Below, piece by piece: positions 1-8,066 of a stretch of DNA of 64,000 nt. A program made the position numbers and the translations under genes. This DNA comes from an uncultured Acidobacteriaceae bacterium (GTDB lineage Bacteria; Acidobacteriota; Terriglobia; Terriglobales; Acidobacteriaceae). Position 1 is the first letter of the stretch, and each line of letters starts with the position of its first letter. The notes under the pieces are model-generated. The model saw nothing but the letters and a program-made list of their open reading frames with translations. It ran no database searches and had not been told where the DNA came from. The DNA lies in the NCBI GenBank assembly GCA_963821315.1, contig CAWGDP010000009.1:89454-153453 (forward strand). Reading direction: 5' to 3'.

Positions 1-2225
1 TCGCCCCAGCCGCGCCAATTGGCGCACTGCACAAAGCGATTGGCGGCATCGACCGCGTGGTCGATCGCCTTGCTATAGCGGCCCTCGGTCAGGGCAATGC
101 GGGCCGAGGTCGCGGTCGAATAAGCCAGTTCCAGGCGCAGGCCATGAAACGCCTGGATGGCCTTGGCGCGACGCAACAGGTGCGATGCCCTCTCCAGGCG
201 ATCGGGAAGATCCGAGAGCAGATCCGCCCAGTCGCGCAGCACCGCCGGGAGCGCGAAGTACCAACGCGAATCCCGTTCCGTACTTGTTTCCAGATCCGCC
301 AGCGCCAGCCGGAAGAGCGTCTCCGCCGTATCTCCCTGACCCCGGTCCTGCATGAGGTAGGCGATTTGGTGTTTCGCCCGGCCGGTTTCCCGCAGAGACG
401 GACCCTCCGCCGGCTGAGCGTGCCGGGCAAGGCGGTAGAAGTCTTCTGCGTGCCGAGGCTGGTCAGCCGGCGCCAGCGGGCCGATGGTTGCCAGCAGGCT
501 GTCAGGGAGAGGAATCTCCGGATACCGGTTGACGAAGTTGCCCATCAGCAACAGTCGTTCCTGCAGGCTGTGGATGCGGGCAATGTATTGCAGGGCGTGC
601 TCCGGCTGTTCGCCGCGAACGCACGCATAGTAGGCGGTATGCAGGTACTCGTCGCCGCAATCATCCGTCAGCCCGGGGCACGCCGCCAGCGCCTCCTGTA
701 ACAGATTCTGTTGCACCAGCTCGATCAGGCTCGGCTTGTCCGGCTGGGGGCCGAGGAGGAGCAGAAATGTCAGGCTGGCGTCGGGTTGGATGGTTTGCAG
801 AAATTCCACGTGGCGCGGGGCGGCATTCGACCACACGATCAGCGGCGACCCGAAGCGCACGATTTGATTGAAGAACCACACCAGCCGGTCGGCGGCATCG
901 GTTTGCGGTGCATGCTCCTGCGGCAGGCCAAGCTCACGTAACGTGGCGTCGTCGGCCAACAAGCCGGCGCTCTCGTCAATGCGGATCACATTGCCGCGCC
1001 ACGCCTTGAACACCGCAGCCGGGAGTTGGGTGTAGGCCACGGCGGACGCATCCGCCTGATCCTGTGCACCCGTTTGCAATTGACTTACCTGGGTGGCGAC
1101 GCTACTCCAGAAGGTGGCGGCCGCATCATCAGCAACCACCGCGGGTACATTATCCGCCGGCTCCGCCAGCCAGCCCGCGGCAGGCACTCTTGGCCCGTTC
1201 AGCGGCAGCGCGGTCAGGTCCAGGGGATTGCGCAGATACACGGTCATCGAAGCCCAGTTGGCGAACGCGAACTCCGTTGCCACCTTGGCGCACCGTATAC
1301 GCAACAGGGCCGACTCCGGATCCCGGCTGGCCGCCGCGCCGAAGACATCGGCATAAAACGCTTCGGCGATGGACCCCGCGTCTTCGTTGTGCAACTCGGC
1401 CAGGAACGACAGAACCATCCCCACCCCGTTGCGGTGGAGGCACAGCGCGGGTGATATGCCCCACGAGTCCGCCGCGCCTGAGTAGCAACTCCATAGGAGC
1501 GCAAGCTTGGCCTGGCGGAAGGTCTCGCCCATCGTGGTCGCCGGCACATCGCCGGTCTCGCTCAGAACAGCGTTTCCGTGCTCCTCGATGTGCAGAATGT
1601 CGATGTCACTCACCAGCCTGCCGGCAGCAAACTCCGCAGCCGCATCCCGCTGGACGATCTCCGGCGTGCGGGCGAGAGCCTCCAGCGCGGCGGCGGTTCG
1701 GCGGTTGGTGTCGCTGCCCACCACCTTGAGCAGCTGCAGATGGCTGCCGGTGGAGAGCGGCAGCTGGTTAAAGTCTTTCCAGCAGTGGACGACTGACAGG
1801 TCCTGAGCCGCAAGCAGGTTTCCCGATTCGTCGTAGAGCGCTCCCCAGGGCAGCAGATGCAACTCCGGGCGTGTGGTCTGGATCACCAGCCGCCGCGGCG
1901 TTTTCGCGTTGTTAAGGAACTCCCGCAGAGCCGGGCTCAACTGTGCCAGCGACTGGTACAACATACGCGCCACGGCTCGTATCGCCGTGGCGGGGCGGTA
2001 TCCGGTCTTTTCGTCGCGGTTAACGTTACAGGCGCGCAACTGGCGCATAAACTCCCGCCACTGCTCGTCATTGATGGGTGACTGGAAGCTCTGCGCCGGA
2101 TAGGTCTTGCCGGCGATGGATAAAATCACTCCGAATTCCCGCTCGCAGGCCAGCGGCAGGCTGCTCTCCATGCCGCCGCTGGGCAGCTCCAGTTGTACAA
2201 TCGCAGTTTTCCGAAACACCGGCAT
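1..2225 (-). CDS. CHAT-domain (clan CD cysteine protease) protein with C-terminal TPR-like helical repeats; partial, 3' end beyond the left window edge
   Basis: Absent from the ORF track because it has no stop inside the window. I translated the minus strand by hand: ATG at 2225-2223 (MPVFRKTAIVQLELPSGG...) stays open in one frame to position 1 (...AIDHAVDAANRFVQCANWRGWG). No other listed minus-strand ORF in 1-2225 uses this frame. CHAT-like motifs: RRLVIQTTRPELHLLPWGALYD, DILHIEEHGN (His) and KLALLWSCYSGAAD (Cys). The distal part is helical-repeat/TPR-like (AKHQIAYLMQDRGQGDTAETLFRLALADLE; LELAYSTATAARIALTEGRYSKAIDHAV). Confidence 0.8.
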   Translation of the reverse strand, partial: MPVFRKTAIVQLELPSGGMESSLPLACEREFGVILSIAGKTYPAQSFQSPINDEQWREFMRQLRACNVNRDEKTGYRPATAIRAVARMLYQSLAQLSPALREFLNNAKTPRRLVIQTTRPELHLLPWGALYDESGNLLAAQDLSVVHCWKDFNQLPLSTGSHLQLLKVVGSDTNRRTAAALEALARTPEIVQRDAAAEFAAGRLVSDIDILHIEEHGNAVLSETGDVPATTMGETFRQAKLALLWSCYSGAADSWGISPALCLHRNGVGMVLSFLAELHNEDAGSIAEAFYADVFGAAASRDPESALLRIRCAKVATEFAFANWASMTVYLRNPLDLTALPLNGPRVPAAGWLAEPADNVPAVVADDAAATFWSSVATQVSQLQTGAQDQADASAVAYTQLPAAVFKAWRGNVIRIDESAGLLADDATLRELGLPQEHAPQTDAADRLVWFFNQIVRFGSPLIVWSNAAPRHVEFLQTIQPDASLTFLLLLGPQPDKPSLIELVQQNLLQEALAACPGLTDDCGDEYLHTAYYACVRGEQPEHALQYIARIHSLQERLLLMGNFVNRYPEIPLPDSLLATIGPLAPADQPRHAEDFYRLARHAQPAEGPSLRETGRAKHQIAYLMQDRGQGDTAETLFRLALADLETSTERDSRWYFALPAVLRDWADLLSDLPDRLERASHLLRRAKAIQAFHGLRLELAYSTATSARIALTEGRYSKAIDHAVDAANRFVQCANWRGWG

Positions 2226-2319
2226 GGAGACACGCTACCATACGGTTCCTTGCCGTTGCCGGATGGTGTACCCTTGCCGTGCTCCTACCTGCAAAGTGGG
2301 CAAAGGATGGATTTCGCAA

Positions 2320-3135
2320 ATGAATGTGCTGAAGAAAAAAGATCCCAGTGTGACCTACCTGAACAAGCTGGGCTACAACGTGGTTAAGTTGCCCCGCACC
2401 GGCATCGAGCCCATGGACGTCATCGGCCACGACCAGACCATGCAGTGGTTGGGCCCCATCGATTCCATCTGGAACAGCGCCATCCCCAAGCCGCAGACCG
2501 GTCCGCCCAAACCCGCCTCTGCCGTGAACGGCCAGAAGAGCGATGCTCTCGACCTCTCCGTCGGGCTCAGCATCCTGGGCAACACCCTGGCTGCGTTTGG
2601 TGTTTCCGTGCCCTCGCTCGACGTGGCCTACAAGAGCGCCCATGCGGTGCAATTCAGCTACAGCAACGTCACCAGCATCTCGGTGGCGCCCTTCGCTGCC
2701 GGCAGTTATCTGGCCAAGGGAGAGCTGCAGAGCGATAACCCCTCGGTGAAGAATTATTTCCTGAGCGGCCAGGCGACCGCCTACCTCATCACCGAGGTAC
2801 TCAAATCCAACTCGCTGACCGTCACCGCCACCGACTCTCACGGTACTGCCGTTGCCGTGGATCTCTCCGCCTTCCAGGGCGTCGATGCCAAAGTCGGCAT
2901 CAAGCCGTCGAGCGCGGGGAACTCCACCATCAGCTACACCGGTCCGGAGGCCATCACCTTCGGATTCGCTGTGCAACAGATCGCCCGCGAGGGGGATCAG
3001 TGGACGCTGCATGGTGTCGCCCCATCGGGGGACATTGCCTTCGGCTTCTTGGGCACTGGCGCAGGGCAGGGAAGCGGCGCGCCGGCCCCCACCATCTTCG
3101 ACACGGGCGCCCTTGACTGCCGTCTGGAGATCTGA
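2320..3135 (+). CDS. bacterial gasdermin (bGSDM) homologue, 271 aa
   Basis: In-frame ATG at 2320 within ORF 2107..3135, with AAGGA about 12 nt upstream. The N-terminus MNVLKKKDPSVTYLNKLGYNVVKLPRTGIEPMDVIG matches the bGSDM N-terminal signature as I recall it (basic stretch, then LGY..v.LPr..I.P...). It is followed by SAVNGQKSDALDLSVGLSILGNTLAAFG and YKSAHAVQFSYSNVTSISV. Size and placement directly upstream of a protease gene are typical of bGSDM operons. Confidence 0.75.
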   Translation: MNVLKKKDPSVTYLNKLGYNVVKLPRTGIEPMDVIGHDQTMQWLGPIDSIWNSAIPKPQTGPPKPASAVNGQKSDALDLSVGLSILGNTLAAFGVSVPSLDVAYKSAHAVQFSYSNVTSISVAPFAAGSYLAKGELQSDNPSVKNYFLSGQATAYLITEVLKSNSLTVTATDSHGTAVAVDLSAFQGVDAKVGIKPSSAGNSTISYTGPEAITFGFAVQQIAREGDQWTLHGVAPSGDIAFGFLGTGAGQGSGAPAPTIFDTGALDCRLEI

Positions 3136-3140
3136 GGCTC

Positions 3141-4580
3141 ATGAGCACCACCCCACTTCCTGTGCCGCTGCTGGTCCACGCCCCGACCGGGGCGCCGGCC
3201 CCGGCCCTTCCTCCAGAAAGCCTGCCGCATCTCAGCGGCGACCTGCCGGGCGCAGCGCAGCGCAGCATCGACTCCACTCATCTGGGCACGGACTCGAGCG
3301 TTGGCGATCCCGACGATCTCACCCAGACAGGCTGGTGCATCCTGTTCGCGTCGGACGCTGATCCCGCGATCAAGGCCCAGTTGCAGCCGCTGATCGATCT
3401 TCGCCGCAAGCAGGTCAACGACGATCACTTATTCCAGGTCTTCGAGGGAAATGACAGCGGAGTCCGCCCTAACCAGACTGCCGATGACTGGGTCCAATAC
3501 CGCGGCGTTTCGCTTACGGCTAAAGTCGATCCCACTGCGGGCGTTCCCTACTACGTGCTGATCGTCGGTCAACCCGACCGCATCCCCTTCGATTTCCAGA
3601 ATCTGCTGAAGATGCAGTGGGCCGTGGGCCGGCTGGCCTTTGATGACATCGAGGACTACGGACGCTACGCCCGGGCCGTGGTGCAGTACGAGGACCCTGG
3701 CTTTGTTCCGGCGCAGCGAAAGAACGCCGCAGTCTGGGTTACGCGTAACGATAACGACGTGGCCACCGCCATGCTCTCCAACGCCATCTGTCCCAATTTC
3801 CTCGACAACATTAAACCCCTCGGCTCCGGTCCGGCGAAGTTCACGCTGGATGCGTTCACTTACTCGACAGCCAAGCAGGCCACCAAGCAACAACTGATCG
3901 ATATCCTCCGCGGCAACCTGCCCGGCGGTCCGCCGGCCGTCCTCTTTACCGGCTCCCACGGGGTCGAGTATCCGATGGGTGACCCCGCGCAGCGCCGCAT
4001 GCAGGGCTCGCTGCTTACCCAGGAGTGGGTGCGAGACACGGCCGCCGGTCCCAACAACCTCTTTTCCGCCGAAGATATTCCTGCCGATGCCAAGCTTCAG
4101 GGGACCATGGCATTTCTCTTCGCCTGTTATAGCGGTGGTTGCCCTGCGGACAACAACTACTACTTCCATCCTGACGGCTCAAAGATCCCGGTCGCACCGG
4201 CTCCGCTCATCGCGGCGCTCCCCCAGGCATTGCTTAGCCATGGCGCCCTCGCGGTCATCGCACATGTCGACCTGGCCTTCCCTTATGCTTTCCAGGACGT
4301 CACTGGGACGCCCCAGCTTCAGTCTCTGCGCGATCCGCTCACCTATCTCATGTTCGGCCGCCGCGCCGGTTACGCCGTCGATTCGCTCAGCGACCGTTGG
4401 AGCCGTTTGTGCTCTCAGCTCATCGAGTCGGAGGCGCGCACCGTCTCCACCGACCCGAACGCGACTCCGCCGTTAAGTGCTGCCGCACGCACTGTCCTGA
4501 CAATAGCCCGCGACGACGCGCGCAACTACATCGTCCTTGGCGACCCAGCCACGCAGCTGCGCGTTAGAGATCTCAAGTGA
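3141..4580 (+). CDS. clan CD cysteine peptidase (gingipain/C25-like, caspase fold), 479 aa
   Basis: ORF 3141..4580 starts 5 nt after the gasdermin stop. Catalytic-dyad-like motifs: AVLFTGSHGVEY (His-Gly) and MAFLFACYSGGC (Cys). C25-like landmarks as I recall them: PYYVLIVGQPDRIPF and the C-terminal NYIVLGDPATQLRV. Confidence 0.7.
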   Translation: MSTTPLPVPLLVHAPTGAPAPALPPESLPHLSGDLPGAAQRSIDSTHLGTDSSVGDPDDLTQTGWCILFASDADPAIKAQLQPLIDLRRKQVNDDHLFQVFEGNDSGVRPNQTADDWVQYRGVSLTAKVDPTAGVPYYVLIVGQPDRIPFDFQNLLKMQWAVGRLAFDDIEDYGRYARAVVQYEDPGFVPAQRKNAAVWVTRNDNDVATAMLSNAICPNFLDNIKPLGSGPAKFTLDAFTYSTAKQATKQQLIDILRGNLPGGPPAVLFTGSHGVEYPMGDPAQRRMQGSLLTQEWVRDTAAGPNNLFSAEDIPADAKLQGTMAFLFACYSGGCPADNNYYFHPDGSKIPVAPAPLIAALPQALLSHGALAVIAHVDLAFPYAFQDVTGTPQLQSLRDPLTYLMFGRRAGYAVDSLSDRWSRLCSQLIESEARTVSTDPNATPPLSAAARTVLTIARDDARNYIVLGDPATQLRVRDLK

Positions 4581-4674
4581 TACTTGAAGGTTCGAATCAT
4601 AAGCTGTCCAAGTTAACGGGCAAACGGCCTTTTGGACGGCGCAACTTGCTGGAAACAGAGTCAGCACAAAAGCC

Positions 4675-4735
4675 GGGTGCCCCATTCAAGCCGCATTTTG
4701 GCTTGAGTGGGATACCACAGCACTCGACGACCCTA
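4675..4735. repeat. REP-like hairpin element (family gggtgccccattcaagcc...ggcttgagtgggataccaca); second copy at 61275..61335
   Basis: Near-identical ~46-60 nt sequence at both sites in the same orientation. It has an internal stem, ccattcaagcc / ggcttgagtgg. Confidence 0.8.
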
Positions 4736-4785
4736 AAGCAGGCTTCTCAGTAGGCTGTTTATGGCACCATATGCCAGAGGTATTT

Positions 4786-5706
4786 ATGGCAGTCAGCATC
4801 GAGGAACTGAACCAACGCTTCGCCATTGCCGGGGCAGCGACAATCACCGCCGGCAACGGCGGCTTGCCGCGGGTAAGCGTGAATACCCCCGCAGCCACTG
4901 CGGAGATCTACCTGCACGGTGCGCAGCTCACCTCCTGGCAGCCGGCGGGCGCCGAAGAGGTGATCTTCTTGAGCGGGCAATCCCAGTGGCAGCCGGGGCG
5001 CGCGATCCGCGGAGGTATCCCCGTCTGCTTTCCCTGGTTTCGCAACAAGGCGGATGACCCCAAAGCACCCTCGCACGGGTTCGTGCGGACCAAGGCATGG
5101 CAACTCGACTCCGTCACCCGCAACGGCGACACGGTAACGATAAGCCTGTCGACCGCGAGCGACGAGGCGACGCGAGCCTGGTGGCCGCACGACTTTCTGC
5201 TTGCGCACCGGGTGACCGTTGGCGCGGAGCTGGTTCAGGAGTTGACGGTAAGCAACACCGGCGCCGCGCCCCTGCGCTTTGAAGAGGCTCTGCACACCTA
5301 CTACCGCGTCGGTGGGGCCGAGTCCGTTCGCATCCAGGGTCTTGGGGGCGTGGACTATCTCGACAACACCGATGGCAACCGCGAGAAACGGCAGGAGGGC
5401 GACATTGTTTTCACCGCGGCCACCGATCGCGCCTACGTAAAGACCACGCATGCGGTGGAGATTCTGGACCCCATCCTGCGCCGGCGCATCCGGCTGGAGA
5501 AGGAGAACTCCCGCACCACCGTGGTTTGGAATCCCTGGGTAGAGGGCGCGCATGCGTTGCCGGATATGGCAGACGACGAGTGGCGAGCGATGGCCTGCGT
5601 TGAGGCCAGCAACATGCGCGCCTTCGCTGTCGACCTGGCGCCTGGGGAGCAGCACACCATGAAGACCAGCATCCGGGTCGCTGCCGCGCCGGGTGATAGC
5701 TTTTGA
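4786..5706 (+). CDS. D-hexose-6-phosphate mutarotase (aldose 1-epimerase family)
   Basis: ORF 4771..5706. I prefer the ATG at 4786, which has AGAGG 5 nt upstream. Family-typical N-terminus as I recall it: LHGAQLTSWQPAG..EVIFLS......G.AIRGGIPVCFPWF......P.HGFVR. Confidence 0.75.
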   Translation: MAVSIEELNQRFAIAGAATITAGNGGLPRVSVNTPAATAEIYLHGAQLTSWQPAGAEEVIFLSGQSQWQPGRAIRGGIPVCFPWFRNKADDPKAPSHGFVRTKAWQLDSVTRNGDTVTISLSTASDEATRAWWPHDFLLAHRVTVGAELVQELTVSNTGAAPLRFEEALHTYYRVGGAESVRIQGLGGVDYLDNTDGNREKRQEGDIVFTAATDRAYVKTTHAVEILDPILRRRIRLEKENSRTTVVWNPWVEGAHALPDMADDEWRAMACVEASNMRAFAVDLAPGEQHTMKTSIRVAAAPGDSF

Positions 5707-7723
5707 TGGAAAATTTCGATATTTGCCGCCCTTATCTCCTCTTGCCTGTTGCCTGCCGCAGCGCAGGCAACGCGCAGCGCCATCGACCCGTTGCTCAAGC
5801 AGCCACTGCAGAGCCAGGTACTGGTGGCCGAAGAGATGCGGCAATTTTTGCTGAAGCGCGTGCCCGCTCTGCCGGCGATAAGCAGTCCAGCAGAGTGGCA
5901 GAAGGAGGCGGAGCGGCTGCGCGAGCACGAGTTAGCAGTGATCTATCATGGCTGGCCGCGGGAGTGGGTGGAAGCGAAACCAAACTTCGAAAAGGTGGCG
6001 GAGATCACGCGGCCGGGGTATCGCATCGTCAAGCTTCGTTATGAGATTGTCCCCGGGTTTACCTCCACAGCGCTGCTGTATGAACCCGAGCATATGACAG
6101 GGAAGATGCCCGCGATCCTGGATGTCAACGGCCATGGCGCCGGCGGAAAGGCCGTGGAGCACAAGCAGAAGCGATGCATCAACCAGGCGCGCCGCGGCAT
6201 CCTGGCGCTTAGCCTGGAGTGGATCGGTATGGGCGAGTTAAGCAGCCCAGACAATGAGCACAACCAGGCCGGGCTGCTCGACCTGGCTGGGGCCAACGGA
6301 GTCGGCTTGTTTTACCTGGCCATGCGCCGCGGCCTCGACTATCTCTATGACGATCCGCAAGTGGACAGAACGCGCATCGGCATGACGGGCCTGTCGGGCG
6401 GCGGGTGGCAGACGATGTTGCTCAGCACCCTGGATACCCGGGTCGGTCCTTCCGTACCGGTGGCGGGCTTTAGTTCGCTGACCACGGCCATCGAACATCC
6501 GGACTATGCCGGCGATGCGGAGCAGAATGGCGCGGACATGCGTTCGGTCGCCGACTACGCGCACTTGATGGCGTTGCGCGCGCCACGGCCGACTCTGCTG
6601 ATCTACAACGCGATGGATGACTGCTGCTTTCGGGCGGGTGTGGTCAAACAGGGCGTCTACACCGATATAAAACCCTTCTTTGCCTTGATGGGCAGCCCGG
6701 GAAATCTGCAGTGGTACGACGAATGAGAACCCAGGCACACACAACTATCAGATAGACAGCCGGGAGCAGTCCTACCGCTTCTTTGACCAGGCCTTTCAGC
6801 TACAGGCCAGCGATAAGGAGGACGCGGATACGGATACCGAGGTGCAGACGGCCGCGGATCTTGCGGTCGGCATACCGGCAAATAACCTCACGGTCGTCGG
6901 CCTGGCGCGTCAGTTAGCGCAGGGGATCCATCACGATGCTCCGGCGCAGGCGGATGCTGCCTGGGTGGAGAAGCAGCGGCAGCAACTGCGCGAGGTGGTG
7001 CGATTTGATCCAGTCACGGTTACCCATGCGTGGCCGGTGACTGAGACCCACGAAAGAGGCCTGGAGAGCCGCGGGTACCGGTTTGAATTCAGCAACGGGT
7101 TATCCGCACCCGGGGTGCTTCTGGAGTCGACGGTGAGGCCGGAGAACGGAGGCACGACGCTGCTGATCTCCGACTCAGGGCGAGCCTCCATGTTGGTCGA
7201 GGCAGCGAACGATGTAGGCCGTGGACAGCGCGTCCTGGTGTTGGACCCGTTGCTATTCGGCGAGAACATCCCGGGCACGGGCGATGACCTTTCGGGTTTG
7301 GCGCAGATGGTGAACACCGTGGGAGCCCGGCCGCTGGGGGTGGACGCGGCGCAGGTGGCTGCCGTTGCCCGCTGGCTGCAAGAGGACGCGATCGATGGCA
7401 GTGCAACGCCGGGCGCCCGGATCATGCCTCCGAGCCACCCCGCGCCGGTGCGCGTGGTCACGAACGGCCCCCGCGGGGAGACGGTCGCTATCATCTCCGC
7501 GGCGATCGTGCCCCAGCTGTACTCCTCCATTGAGGCGCGCCACGCGATTGCCAGCCTGGGCGATTTGTTTACCCATCCGCTTGATTATCATGACGCGCAA
7601 GAGGTGATGTGTCTCGATCTCTATCGCGACTTTGACTTCAACACCTTGCGTCTCATCGCTGCGCCGGTCAACATCGACCTGGCAGGCAAAGATCCGCGAG
7701 CCGATCTTCTGGTAATCGCTTAG
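5706..7723 (+). pseudogene. secreted alpha/beta hydrolase (acetyl-xylan-esterase/dienelactone-hydrolase-like), frame-disrupted
   Basis: Track fragments are 5749..6726 and 6842..7723. The nucleophile elbow is GLSGGGW. The second frame is already open from 6689 and reads NENPGTHNYQIDSREQSYRFFDQAF straight across the first frame's stop (..LQWYDE*), so there is a 1-nt frame break within 6689-6726. A signal peptide (M)KISIFAALISSCLLPAAAQA is readable only if one G after the ATG at 5706 is skipped. Confidence 0.6.
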
Positions 7724-8066
7724 GGTTCAGGCAATTCAGATCGAGGGCCTCGATCAGAGGGGCTTCCCATCGGCGGCTGGAAAACATGTAAGGCTGGCGG
7801 CCGGTGGAGAGGCGAACGTCTGCGTTGTCCAGTTCCTTGGCGGTGGCAAATCCAAAGAGGCGCAGATGGTCGCGAAGAAATTTCCAGGATGGAAAGGAAA
7901 AGATCCGGTCTGCCTCTTCGGCCACGGGAGACTTCAGCACCAGGATGATTCCTGGTTGGGACCGTGTACTGGTGCGCGTCACTCTGGGTTTAATGATCGC
8001 AGTGTATTTGCCGGCGGGGATCCGGATGGCTGTGCGGGTGGTTGAGCTGGTCATGGGGCTGTTCAT
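7668..8066 (-). CDS. hypothetical protein (132 aa)
   Basis: ORF 7668..8066. Its ATG overlaps the stop of the upstream dehydratase as ATGA (8066-8063), which suggests translational coupling. No recognisable motif. The 3' end overlaps the convergent hydrolase gene by 56 nt, so the true stop is uncertain. Confidence 0.4.
   Translation of the reverse strand: MNSPMTSSTTRTAIRIPAGKYTAIIKPRVTRTSTRSQPGIILVLKSPVAEEADRIFSFPSWKFLRDHLRLFGFATAKELDNADVRLSTGRQPYMFSSRRWEAPLIEALDLNCLNPKRLPEDRLADLCLPGRC

Noticed and set aside
2068-3012. 314-aa minus-strand ORF overlapping the gasdermin gene
   Set aside because: This is an antisense shadow ORF of the kind expected in high-GC DNA. It has Gly/Arg/Ala/His-rich low-information composition and no motifs, and it is fully overlapped by the much better supported + strand gene.
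4585-4605. tRNA-like T-loop sequence, aaggttcgaatcat
   Set aside because: The flanking bases do not form a T-stem (gaagg against cataa). No acceptor or anticodon arms can be drawn in the preceding 60 nt, which are the end of the protease CDS. I found no convincing tRNA, rRNA or tmRNA anywhere in the window.
4473-4898. Minus-strand ORFs 4473..4685 and 4686..4898 (MGHPAFV..., MAAGVF...)
   Set aside because: They are read-throughs of a REP hairpin and of the antisense strand of flanking genes. The MGHP- and WGTRP-type peptides recur wherever these repeats occur (also 55.6 and 61.3-61.5 kb), which marks them as repeat translations and not genes.
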